A DNA stretch of 64,000 nt from contig CAVNZM010000015.1 in NCBI GenBank assembly GCA_963693365.1, forward strand, positions 5,774,624 to 5,838,623. Reading direction: 5' to 3'. How positions within the stretch are numbered: the first letter of the stretch is position 1; each line of letters opens with the position of its first letter. Source of the stretch: Amoebidium appalachense. Lineage: Eukaryota > Protista > Ichthyosporea. Both the position numbers and the translations under genes were made by a program. This document shows positions 12,139 to 24,293 of the stretch, in pieces. The notes beneath the pieces were generated by a model. The model was not told where the DNA came from and ran no database searches. It saw only the letters and a program-made list of their open reading frames with translations.

Positions 12139-14384
12139 TGTCGTATCTACAAACAGAGTGTATACAAACTACTCTAACTATCTGCACGCTTAAAGGGGCT
12201 TGAAACCGTGTATACGTATAAACTTTTCTTTGAGTTGGGTGGGAAGCGAGTTTTTTTGTGTTCTCAGAAGAACTTCGAAAAGCCCGCGACCCCGCGAGAC
12301 ACTTCACAGACACCCGGCCCACTGGCCAGACAAATACCACAGTGACATTCAGCCAATCACAACACTCCCTCCCCACAGACTACACGCACTCCACACCATT
12401 GGCTACCGCCACAGACACCCCTACAGCACTACAACACGTACACACGTTTACTCACAATACATATAAGCATACACACACGCGAGCAGGCAACATGGGTCTC
12501 GCCAAGCACACAGCAAGAAGCAATACAACATTTAACATGGAGAGTACGCAGAGGCATGGTGCATGCACGCGCGCACCTTTAACAATCAGCCGCCGCCGCA
12601 TCAGGTTCTCCCCATACCACTGATTAATCTCCTCATACCCACTTAGACCCCGGCATCACTATGCAAGAAAACCCCCGAAATTCACTCACCAAAACACAAA
12701 ATATAGAAACAAACTAATACGAATCAGCTCAGCACATGACAACTCCCCCCTCGCACAGAAAATAACTGAGTTCCACCTCAGTAAAAACTACCTAAAAACA
12801 AAATAAAGTTATGTGCTGAGCGACTACAACTACCGCTACCCATGCAGGAAGCAACATTTAACATATAACATAAAACATATACATGCATCCACACACCACC
12901 TCACCATGGTTAATACCCAACCCAACCCCAAAACAAGGATAATTATGAACCGCCACTGACGTTGCCCTGTAGATGCACCTCTGCCCCCGTCCACAATCTG
13001 CACCCAAAACCCCATGCCCCTGGCACAATGTTATATCGAGTGGAACATAGCAACAGACATGATAACAGACAGTCACCATCCATACAACCACACTCGGCAT
13101 GCCCCATCCACAGAGAATTCCTAGCAAAACTAACATGCCACTGACGAACACCTCCAGACTCATGTGGCGTACACCTCCAGACTCTCTTGCTGGCCATTCC
13201 TCTACCCGACAAAGACTCCTACTACGTAGGTCCCGGTGGTTTGGGAATGCCTCTGCCCCAACCGTGCCCTACCCAGCGGTGTGTCTAAGGCCTACTGCTG
13301 CACTGGGCACCACAACACTACTCAACAACACTACGGGCAGCCACTCCAAAGGGCCTCAACACCAGGCCCAGGGCAGCCACTCCAAGGGGCCTCAGCACCA
13401 GGCCCTTTGACGACGGGGGTTCACAACAGTGGGGGCCTGCCACTGCCATGCCATGTAGTACACCTCGACCCCCCCCCAGCCCCCTCGTCAGAGGGCCGAG
13501 CTCCCAGACAGCAGCAGGACTTTCTATTCCACTGACCCTAACCACACACGTCGCCAACACAGGACTCATACACACGTCGAAAACGCCAGGCACCAGTAGA
13601 AAACTCAGCGAAAAAAAACACCACACAACTCCCATACAACAACAACTTGAACAACCCAAGAGACGGCCTACCCCCTAATAAAACCTTCATACCAGCAACA
13701 CGGTCACCGACGTCCCCCACGACGGGGCTGTTTACACCACGCGTATGTGTGCCCCCGCTCCTTGCAGTTGTCGCAGGTGCCTGGGAAAGAGTCCGGCGCC
13801 GGCTCTTGCTGAGTCCCGCCCGACGACGCCAGCCTGGCCCATCATCCCGTTGTGGCCGTGGCTGGTAGGGCTGGTAGCGCCGTGGGGAGGGTGACCACCG
13901 CCGGTCCCCTCTGAGGCCTCTGCCCTCCTCCCTCTCACGGTCCCGGTACCTGTCTCCTCTGTACCGGTCCCCCTCCTGGTCCTTCTCCTCCAGACGCTTG
14001 GTGAGCACAGCCACCTGCTTCAAGAGAGCAGTGAGTGTAGGCGTGTCCTGCCCAGCCCCATGCTTTACCTCCATGACCTCAGCAGCATGCTTATCCCTCA
14101 TGGCCAGCTTACTCTCAAACTGCGCTAAAAACCGCCTCTTCACCGCCCTCCACGCCAAGTCTACCTCATGCTGCTCTTCATGCTGAGCAAACAGCTCGCC
14201 AAACTGACTGCTATCTACAAACAGAGAGCGAGCAGCATGAAACTTTCCGCGAGCATCATTCTCCAACCCAGCAAGAAACACAAGAGCACGAAAAGTTTCT
14301 TCGAACAGCTCAAAGTGGGTTCTAGCTTCGGTCACAGACATGGTGAGGAGGGGGTAAGTAAACGAATCAGCTCAGCACATGACA
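12139..14384 (-). mobile_element. Internally deleted Gypsy element with 5-bp TSD
   Basis: TSD CAGAA at 12134-12138 and 14385-14389. The 3' LTR (12741-12139, TGTCATG...TACGACA) is preceded by PPT GAGGGGGGAG. The 5' LTR is reduced to its first 23 bp (14384-14362, identical to 12741-12719). A gag fragment lies inside. Confidence 0.8.
13538..14341 (-). pseudogene. Gypsy gag C-terminal fragment
   Basis: Aligns by eye with gag at 27191 (MSVTEARTHFE vs MSPVEARAFFE; LTALLKQVAVL vs LTMLVKQVAEL). A CCHC knuckle (CDNCKERGHTYAWC) lies in a shifted frame near 13740-13780. Confidence 0.8.
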
Positions 14385-14768
14385 CAGAAATTGCGGTCGT
14401 CTTTATGTGTGGCACACAGTGCACCAATAACATGAAGCCAACTAAAAGGATAACTTTGTGGCAAATGATTGGTCAACACTTAAGCCCGTTTAGGTTTATA
14501 CAACTGGGTCTGATTTCCCTATTGGTTCCGTTCGTTTAGCTACAGATGTTGCCTTCGCAGTGGATGAGACTTGCATTCCTATCCTAGCGGTTCTCGAATT
14601 CCTATTGGTTCGTACTGACTGCACGGCCACTGCATGTTGCCGGCGCCGCGGCTCAGTCGTGAGCCGCAGCCCGCGGCTGTCGCGTATGACTCGGATATTG
14701 ATCTGATCATACGTACACAATACCTACGTGATCACTATGATATGTACAGTATATTCGTAATAGTAACA

Positions 14769-17530
14769 TGGTGGCTGGGACAGACACTCGGGGGTCGGGG
14801 ATGGGAGCCTGGAAGCCACGGATGGGTGCCGTGTTGAGGGGGGAGTCGGATGACACGGGGCTGGACGGGGTGGAGTGGAACTCCGGAGACCCAGGACGAA
14901 CCGGGGTTAGATCATGACCAGGTACGTGGTCATTGACGGCAGGGGCCGGCAGCAGGGGTTGCTGGCCGGTGGGGGGGGGGGGGGGGGGGGGGGGGGTGGA
15001 GCCACGGGGGCAGGCACACGACGGGGGGAACGACGGAGAATCACCGACGGAATTTCATCGTCATCGGAGTGAGGATCCAGGGACTGCAATGATGGATCGA
15101 TTGGGGTCGGCTGATTGGTGGCCTGCACAGAAATCTGATTGGATGCCGTGGTGAATTGTGATTCGTCGAAGACGACATCGCGGTAGATGTTGACCATGTT
15201 GCCACGTAGATTCATGATCTTGTGAGGTTTGTTGGTGATATCCCAGCCCACGTAGGTGCCGAGTTTGACGGTAGAGGCCAACTTGTCTCGTTTTGATGCA
15301 GGGACGTGTACATAGGCTGGGCAGCCGAACACGTGCAGGTGGGAGATGTCAGGCTTGACACCGTAGAAAACTTCAAACGGTGTACGACCATTGGCAGCTC
15401 TGGCCGGGGTCACATTGATGATGTAGACAGCATGCTTGAGAGCAGCTCCCCACAGCTTGGGGGAAAGGGAGTCGTCCTTGTCCTGGTGAAGGAAGCACCG
15501 AGCGATCTCTTGCAGATCCCTCATCTTAAGTTCAACGAAGCCGTTGAGCTGGGGGCAGTCAACCGGGGCAAAATTCCTGAATGATGCCCTTGGACTGGCA
15601 GTACTGCTCCATGGCATGGGAGGTGAACTCCGAGTCGGACCCAGAGTCGGAACGGAAGTGGGTCACCACCTTGTCGGGTTGCTTGTCAATAGTCTCAACC
15701 AGGGCCTTGACGTATTCGAGAGTTTCTGATTGATCACGGAGGAGGTACACGATGGTGTAGCCGGAGGCATCACAGGTACACAAGAGGGCCACCTTGTAGC
15801 CACCATAGGAGGCACAGGGAGGCTCGAAGAAGTCCATGTGCCACTTGGCACCGGGGAAGGGGCACTGGGTTCTGGTGCCGGAGAATGGAGCCTTGGTGGT
15901 CTTGCCGGAGACACAGCCGAAGCAGTCAGTGGTGTCAGCCACTGAGAGGGATGAGGGGAGGCCTGTCACGAGGTCACCTCTCACCATCTTGGTGAGGGTG
16001 GACAGGGCACGGTGGCCGAGACGGTGGTGCCAGAGCTGGGGATCATTGTTGACCTTGACGTTGGCAACCAGGGCAGTAACAGACCGAGGGATGGAGGGAC
16101 AAATCTCATAGTCGGTGATGAAGCACAGTCCATCTTTGCCTGTGAGGGAACACACGATGTTGCCACCACGAGTGTAGAGGTAGGAGGGGAATTCATCCTC
16201 ATCATCGAGGTGGGCAAGGAGACCCCACTTGGAGGCCATTGAGGGGGAAATCAGGAAGGCTGGGGAGTCGAGCACATAGAGGGTGTTGAGGTAGTAAGTA
16301 CTAGTATGTTATTCCGTTGTAGGTGACGGCCAGGTTGATGACACCACGGTGATGTGCAGCGACGATGCCGAGGCCGTGGACGTCGGTCGGGGGGTACGGC
16401 TCAAGAGTAGAGAAGTATTCCTTGACTGGGCACACATGGACGTTTGAAGCCGAGTCCCAGCAGGGGTCCATGGGTAGGGAGGCCATGGTGGAGACGAGGG
16501 CAAAATGCACCTCTTCACCAGACTTGGTGCTGGCACGGTGACGACGGGCAATTGAGCAGCCAGGTTTGTCACACTGTGTGACATGATGGTCCTCATGACA
16601 GTAGGCACAGTCGCGGGAGGCAGTGGTCTTGGCTCGGGTTGGCTGATGATGACGGTTACCCCCTTTATGTGGGGGGTAGGGTGACCGGGAACGATGGCCG
16701 GGGGAACGGGACCGGGAGTAATCACGGTCAACTGAGGGGGATCGATCGGTGGGACGACCACGGGGGTGACGGGAGACGGGATACGGAGACCCGGACCCAG
16801 AGTCGATGAGACCTTCACGGATCTCTGCAGCTCGGATGTCACTGATTAGACGGTTGTAGGTCTCGTAGCTGATGTGACGACGGAAGTAGTCGGCAATCAT
16901 GGCCTGGATGTCGGAACAAACCAACTTACGGTTCTTCTTGAGCCTGAGGTGGATGAAGAAGTTATCAACCATGGTCTTGTGGGGGATGGGCTCATCCAGG
17001 ATGTGCAGGGTAGTGCACACTGGCAGACGGCGCGCCATGGTGAGGTAGGCCGTGACGGTCTTGAAGTCCTTGAGTTCAAGCTCATGGTACTAGTCGAGGA
17101 GGATTTGACGAGCACGGTCTTCACGTTCAGCCGCATAGGTCATACGGAGGTTGTGGAAAGCTTGGGCAGGTGACACATCATCGTGGATTTAACCAGAGTT
17201 ATACAGCTCATCATTGGAGACGAGTTGAGTAAACATCTGTTCAAGGAAGTTGGAAGCCTCGGTCACGGTGTAGTCTTCCTCAGTGTCATAGCCATCATGA
17301 TGCCACCCGTTCTCGTCGGAAGGATCGACCCACTCGGGGGCCTTGATGACGGGCAATAACTTGGCCGCGATGGTAGTACGTAGGTACCGGAAGACTACTC
17401 GTAATAGGTGAGACGTTTGCCGGACTTCTTGTCCGTGGTGTGTCCCCTGAAGTTCCAGGGGGTGAGGTTGAGGTACGCAGGTTTCTCCGACATGTTGATC
17501 GTACAGTCAGATGATGCGCGAGAGAGGAAT
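14769..17530 (-). mobile_element. Truncated Copia element (gag-PR-IN; RT/RH and LTRs missing)
   Basis: CAYCHEDHHVTQC knuckle, WDSASNVH protease, WHHRLGH..CFGC, HMDFF / RSDSGS / NGFVE integrase triad, TPFEVFYGVKPDISHL. Clearly related to the Copia at 43770. Contains stops and frameshifts. Confidence 0.9.
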
Positions 17531-17559
17531 CAGGTCGGTACATCAGCAAACCCCACCCC

Positions 17560-18410
17560 CCCGTTAAATTGTATCCTCGTACACATTTTGAACACTTGAA
17601 TGTCCAAAAATGTTCAAAAATTCGTACATTCAGTGAATCGTATATGGATACCTATTCGAATGCCACCTGACACCACATGGTATATGTGTGTACCTAGCCG
17701 AATACTACATGAATACATGCCCAAGTACCTTGTGAATGCACACTAGATACCGTATGAATGCACCATAGATACCGTATTCATACCACATGGACACCGTGTT
17801 CTGAGTATACACGTACATACGCGTACATGACCAGACATTCAGTTGGAATACATATTTGTGTATATTATTATAGGGTACATGTGGAGTGCTTTATAAATAC
17901 CCGTTCAGTGACACTGGAACGTCCACGAATACACTATGTGAATGTTTCGAAAATACTCCACAAACACGATCTGAGTACGACATATGTGTTCATGAATAGT
18001 AACTGCGAACGTTATTCGGTGCACACATATGTACTCAAATAGCATCTCACGAATGCCTAAGGGTACCATAAAATACCTTATTTGAACACAAACGGATGCC
18101 ATAAAGGCGTTCGTAGAACAGCATGTTTAGTGCAAATGAATACTTTTTTGGACACTAACAACATATTCAGGCAGTATTTTTCGACCATACTCGTAATACA
18201 TTTAAATACACGAGTTTGACATTCGTGTATGTTCACGGGGCATTGTAAGAACAGTATAGAGATGTTCATATTGTGTGTTTATTGGTATTCATAAATTGTT
18301 CGTGGGCGCCCACATTTATTCACACAATACATTCGAGAATACCCTACTATTACGACATGAGTAACTTTTGAATGTACATGCCCAGCATTCATTGAACACT
18401 AATATCACCG
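17560..18410. repeat. AT-rich array of short degenerate motifs (GAATA/TATTC, GAACAC/GTGTTC), resembling CMC/EnSpm subterminal repeats
   Basis: Dense motifs in both orientations and no credible ORF; similar islands at 20560-20790 and 52540-52800. Confidence 0.45.
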
Positions 18411-18533
18411 ACTCACTCTGTCGACGTCCCCCCCCCTCCCCTCCCCCTCCCCCTCCCTCCCTCCCCCCCCCCTTCCCCCCCATATCCCCCTTCCGTTCCC
18501 CCTACCCACCCCCTATTACTTATATACCCATGC

Positions 18534-18783
18534 ATTGTTCAGAATCTGAAGTCAGAAGATTTTCTTTATTGTGTTGGCTGACACCAAAACACCAAGAAAA
18601 ATCTAAGTCACCATGGTTTCGTACTTTCTATTTTCTAAAATAAAATAAAGACACACATACACAAAGACAAAGACACACACACACATGTATTGTTCAGAAT
18701 CTAAAGTAACAACATTTTCCTTATTATTTTGGCTGACACTAAAAGCACCAAGTAAAAATCACAATAAAAAATAGTTTCGTACT
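18534..18783. repeat. Diverged direct duplication of about 90 bp
   Basis: ATTGTTCAGAATCT..TTGGCTGACAC..CACCAAG..GTTTCGTACT occurs at about 18534 and 18689. Confidence 0.75.
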
Positions 18784-19203
18784 AATAATTTCTACTTGTG
18801 CCTATCACTAGAGTTCACACTTCCTCCTGCCCAGGCAGGGCGTCGGCGTGTGCAGGGTCATCCACTCTCTTGTCGCCGTTCTGGTCGCCGGCCTCCTGCG
18901 CCTTCTTCTCCTTGTCCTCAGCCGCGGCCCTTTTGGCATCAGCTATAGCTGCCGCCTTTGCTGCTTCTTGTTTGGCCTTGACGTACATCTTGAAATTCCT
19001 CTTGTACTGTGGGGAAACATATGGTGAGCAAATGGAACACAATAAAACAGCTATTACTATCTAATCTACATACTCAGTTACCTCGCAGTTGGCGCTGGAA
19101 AAAGAATAATGTGTTCGGGTTCGAATTTTGCTTCCGTTTGGGTGTGTGAATGCAGTTTTGGGGGGGGGGGGGGAGGGGAGGGGGGGGGAGAGGGGGGGGG
19201 GGG

Positions 19204-19205
<2 letters not shown>

Positions 19206-19295
<90 letters not shown>
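19206..19295. repeat. (GA)n microsatellite
   Basis: Pure GA run in an intron. Confidence 0.95.
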
Positions 19296-19298
<3 letters not shown>

Positions 19299-19551
19299 AG
19301 AGAGACTGTGTGTCTGTGTGTGTGTGTGTGTTTCTGTGTGTGGTGTGACCGTCGTGCATGTGTTTCTGTTTTTGTGGGTGCGTGTTTGCGTGTGTGTTTG
19401 TGTGTGCATTTTTTTGGGGTGTGTGTGTGTGTTCGTGGGTGTGTGTGTGTTCGTGTGTGTGTGACAGATAAACGGGGTGAGACAGAGAGAGATAGAGAGA
19501 TAGAGAGATAGAGAAGAAGAGAGAGAGAGAGGGAGAGAGAGAGAGAGAGAG

Positions 19552-19588
<37 letters not shown>

Positions 19589-20493
19589 CTGTGTGTGTGT
19601 GTGCATGATGTGTGTGTTCATTCGGTGGGAGCCAGGGGAAGAAAGAAAGAGAAAAGGAGAAGGGAGGGAGGGGGGCGGGGGGGGGGAAGGCTGTCACCTT
19701 CTTCAGGTCGTGAAGGGCAGCGTTGTAGCCTGTGGCGTTTAACTTGTCGCTGTTGTTGAGCCGGCCGAAGATGCCGGAATCACGGTAGGAGGGGCAGAAG
19801 AGCACCTCCTTCACGATGTACATGCAGTAGGCATGTGTGGTCGTGAAAGAGGAAACCTGGATGTGGGGAAAGGAGGATGAAAGTTAGTTAGGGTGTACAA
19901 GGAATCAACACGTTTTTGCTCTATCTCTTGAATGTTCCTAGTGGGAAGGGGGATGGGCGAGGAGGTGGGGGGGGGGGGGGGGGGGGGTGTAAATAAGGAA
20001 CCGAGAGTATTATGGTGCAGTATGCTTGCCTAGAGAGAGGGTGCAATGTACTGAACTGCTTAGACAACCAAGAGAAAAGCAAATACCTGGTCGGAAGCCG
20101 GGGCTATCTTCTTCACAATTTGTCGGAAGATGCTGTTCATGCCGGGGCGGCCTTGCTCGTCGACCCACCACTTCGGCCCAAGCACAAACTGCTCACCGTT
20201 GGCCTCGGCCACATACATGCTGGTTAGCCTGTTGAAGGCTTGCTTGCGCTCTTCAGTGCCGGCCCCAGGTTCCTGTGTTTAACGTGGGGGGGGGGGGGGG
20301 GGGGGGGGGTAAGCAATATATATCAAGTGATTGGAAGTGATTGTTTCTATCAGGACCCAATGGGAGAGTTAAAGGAGAGGGTTTGAAAAGAAGTTAGGAG
20401 GGAGAGACTGAGGGAGGAAGCAAGTTAAAAGAGAGTATTTAAGGGGAAAGTAGGAGGGAGAAACTGAGGTGGGAAGTTTTTTTTTTATGTTTT

Positions 20494-20524
<31 letters not shown>

Positions 20525-21432
20525 GGAGTGGTAAAAAAACAAGTAAAAAGGAATAGGACAGGGTTGAATGTTCATCATCGAAGTGCCTTTAGTGCAATTG
20601 AATACTCGTAAATACACAATGACGAACACATCTGAATAAACACTTTGTACATCAACGAATGCAATGCACTGGTTAATGGTACTAACACATGCAATATAAT
20701 GTTCAATGTACACTCGAACAACACCTGTGTAACATACGAACACTCATCAAGGACACCCAAGAACATACGAATAGTACATACATAGTGCTAAACAATGGAA
20801 TCGTTTCAAGTTAGATTAAAAACAAATACCAAAGAGATGGTGGTGAATGGGGTAGTTAAATATAAAAACATATACCAAAGAGATGGTGGTGGGTGGGATA
20901 GTGTGGGATAGTGTGGGGGGAGGGGGGGGGGGGGGGGGGGGATGGGGATGGGGATGCATACACTGATGTCGTACTTCTCCTCCAGTTGCGGGTAAGCCAC
21001 ATTGCGTAGCTTCCACGCAAACTGGCCACGCCCGTGGCGTACAGCGTCACGGATCGGTCCCCGGTGGTACTTCAGGGCGATGAAGGCCTTGATCCCCTCG
21101 TCCTCACGGTCGCCCTCCTCGATGAGGCCCTTCTCCTCGGCGAGCAGCCACACAGCCTCGTCGAGGTCAAGGTCCGTGGCACAGTAGGTCATGCAGAAGG
21201 CAATCCTGGTGACGTCTGATGTTGACGTCACCCTCCTGAGGTTGTGGTAGAGCTGGCATGTGTATGTGTGTATGAATCATGTGTTGTGCAGAGCCTCGGC
21301 CAGGGGGAAGGGGCAAAAGGGGGGGGGGGGGGTTAGTTATCCACAGTGATGGCACAAGATTACGTCAAGGTGGAGGATCTCAATACATGTATTTGTGTTT
21401 TGATTCTCTTCGGGGAAAGATGGGGGAGGGGG

Positions 21433-21700
21433 AACAGACAATGGGAGAAATTGTAAAGTTTACATTTTTGGTTGTGACGTCACAACAGGGGTGTTTTACC
21501 GGCATATGAATATTGATAAAGCAACTGTTTTTCATGAAATATCCCGAACGGGGGCTGCAGGTGCGTGTAGAAGGTTAAAAAGGCAGGACTCTCAGAGTCC
21601 AGGTGGACTCTCAGAGTCCAGGTGGACTCTCATAGTCCGCTGGGAGGACCATACGAACCGACCCAAAATGTAAACTTTACATTTTCTCCCATTATCTGTT
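21433..21700. mobile_element. MITE-like element of about 268 bp in an intron
   Basis: Near-perfect ~39-bp terminal inverted repeats AACAGA(C/T)AATGGGAGAAA(T/A)TGTAAAGTTTACATTTT(T/G)GG; no coding capacity; flanked by G runs. Confidence 0.75.
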
Positions 21701-21833
21701 GGGGGGGGGGGGGGGGAGGCGGGTGAAGGCGTGGGGTGGGGGGGTGGGGGGAAGATAAGCCATGCACGGCATGATAAGCAGTCCAACTCAAAGGGCAGGC
21801 ACTAATTTCAAAAATTATTTGTATGTTTTTTTC

Positions 21834-21877
<44 letters not shown>

Positions 21878-22196
21878 TGAGAATGAGGTGAACGACGTGA
21901 CATGGTACCAAATAGTACACTACGAATAGCACATACATGGTAACAAAGGATGCAGCACGTTAGCCTCTTTTAAGTAAACATGGGCCCCGGGGGGGGAAGA
22001 GGGAGGGGGAGGGGGTATAAGGAGAGCATGCAGGGGCAAAAAAGGGTGGGGGTGAGGGAGGGTCGGTGGGTGGGTGAGTGGGGCGGGGGGGGGGGGGGGG
22101 GGGGGGGAGAACATACCGTTGAGACCTTGGAGGACATCTGGGCAACCACGATCTGCGGGATGGCCATCTCACTTTTCGAAGGTCGCTTGCGGTCAA

Positions 22197-24248
22197 TCTA
22201 TGAAAACTACTCCGGGACGTGTGTTGCCTCTAGGGGGACATCCCCTTGGACGAAAGTGAACCTGCAATGGTTGTAAACCACGGCAAGCCCCCAGTCATCA
22301 ATTTATTGATCCGTGAGGTCCTTGTGCCCAAAAAACGGGGGAAGTCTTCGCCCCGTGAAAAAACAGCACGTATGTGGGGATCAATGGGGGTTGAGTGTAG
22401 GGTGTAGATGGGTGGGTGAAAAAGAAAATATAGCTGTAAAGCTGTAGGTGCTAAACACAGAGGATGTGTTGTTGCTTGCTGATCTGCTAAAAACTGTCGT
22501 GCTTATATACCTAAGGCTGCCGAACTGAGCCAATCAAAACCGATCTAGTGTTATGTGAAATCTTATCCTGAGCCAATCAAACTCGGTCTAGTGATCTGTG
22601 GAATCTGATGCTTTGATCGGCTAATAGGTGCCCGTATGCGGGCAGCCGAACGCGAACTGCTAAAACATGAAACGAAGCCTGTTGATATCGGACACCCATC
22701 CTACGTGTTTACCCAGAAAAATATTTATGTCAATAATTTCCAAAAATAAAACCTCTATGAAAACTACTCCGGGACGTGTGTTGCCTCTAGGGGGACATCC
22801 CCTTGGACGAAAGTGAACCTGCAATGGTTGTAAACCACGGCACGAGAGCAGTATGCTTGCTCCAAAGGTTTCACTTAAGAATAGAGGCGAATACACGTGT
22901 GGTAGTGGCAGCAATGGAGGCCGGACGAAGTCGGGTATAGATCAGGAAACAGTCGGAGGACCACCTGCCGAGTTGTTTGATCCGGGAGTCGTCGACCCCG
23001 GCCTCAGCCAGTGCTGTGGGCCCCCCGATGCGGAGGCTGTGTCCGGCAAACCGGGAGGGTGAGAGGCCTGCCCGGGAGAGGAGGGCACGGAAGTCGGCAG
23101 AGAAAGCACTCTTGGTGTAGGGGATGCCACCGAGACTGAAGAGGGGGTCGTTGGGTTGACCGGACGTTGTATCCAGGAACTGCCGGAGGAGATGGGCTGG
23201 GGAGAAGTGGGTGAGGGGCAGGGCAGCTAGAGTGACGTTGACACCTCGGGCCTGTACATCCGTCTTAGAGGTTGGCAGGTGGAGGGTGGCATGGGACAAA
23301 GTACCGGTGGGGGTGTAGGTGAAGGTCACGTCTTTCCGTTTAACGTGACGGGACGGGTCAAAGGAAGTCAGGGTTTTGGAGGTAAATTCCCCCGAACGGA
23401 GGAGACCACAGAAACCGACGATGAGGGCCGTCCATAGCCGTAGATTAGTCGAGGAGGCCTTGGTGGGGCACTGGCCATGGAGTAGGCTAAGGTGGGAGGG
23501 CAGGAGGGGCTCCCTGGTGGATGATCGGGGTCGGATGTTGTGAGAAAGCTGCCATCTGCCCACCCCTCGGAAGAACCAGGCCAGAGACTTGTCGTGGGGG
23601 TAGGGAGCAGGGAGGCCCATGTCGAGGTGGAGTCTGGTGATAGCCGAATTGTAGCCGGCCAAGGAAGAGGCCTGTACCCCTCGTTGGGCACACCAGGCGA
23701 GAAAAAGCTGCACGGTGTGGGGGGAGGCCGGGAGGGAGGACCCGGCGGAGGATTGCAGCCGAGATGCCACACAAAAATCGATGAACACTTTTTTTTTTGT
23801 ACCCTGGAGTAAAAGGCCCGAGAGTTGAGGTTGAGACTCAGGGCCTGGCATTCCTGCAGGGTAGTGGTGGCACGAAGCAGCTCGGCCGGAGCAAAGTGGG
23901 GGGCCAATCGGCCAGCGTTGCTCCGGGGGGGGGGGGGGGGGAAGGGGAGATAGGTGGGGGGGGGGGGGGGGGGGGGGGGTGAGCCCAGGGGAAGGGATAG
24001 GAACTTGTGGACCCAGAAGGGGGAGGGGCAGGGCTCCGGTTGCAGGTAAGGTCGGAGTCGTCGGGTCCGGGGAAGTTGGTTACGGAGGAGCTGCGCGGCG
24101 AATGATTGGGCTGGGTAGGGGGGCCAGCAGCTCCCAGAGGCGGGAGGTGTCAACGTGGTGCTGGGGCAGCGGGCGGGCCACCGGGGCTGAGCCTCGGGGG
24201 AAGGGGGTGGTTAGCAAGGGTGGGGCACCCTCGGGGAGATCCCGGCAT

Positions 24249-24293
<45 letters not shown>

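Larger units (their letters stand above)
9900..14768 (-). mobile_element. Decayed LTR retrotransposon remnant (Gypsy/Mag-like gag plus a probable 5' LTR split by a nested element)
   Basis: Frameshifted gag pieces at 11047-11334 (YKGD..VIEWLHEF) and 10444-10656 (CKYGSH..CPA..CHSCMQKGH..C, double knuckle). Candidate LTR 14768(TGTTAC)..11891(ATTACA) has CCAAT boxes and a TATA (minus-strand TATATAA near 12070). Left boundary is uncertain. Confidence 0.55.

Noticed and set aside
12719-14384. 23-bp direct repeat as a long TSD
   Set aside because: Better explained as the start of two LTRs, given the PPT and the separate CAGAA TSD.
19082-19094. 13-nt micro-exon in the unknown gene
   Set aside because: It breaks phase; the flanking exons join in frame without it.
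21586-21638. Palindromic repeats as a mini-CRISPR
   Set aside because: The linkers are an identical 4 nt and the repeats lie inside a MITE.
22197-22340. Hammerhead ribozyme (GGACGAAAG) on the antisense strand of repeat B
   Set aside because: No upstream CUGANGA core in the required stem topology.
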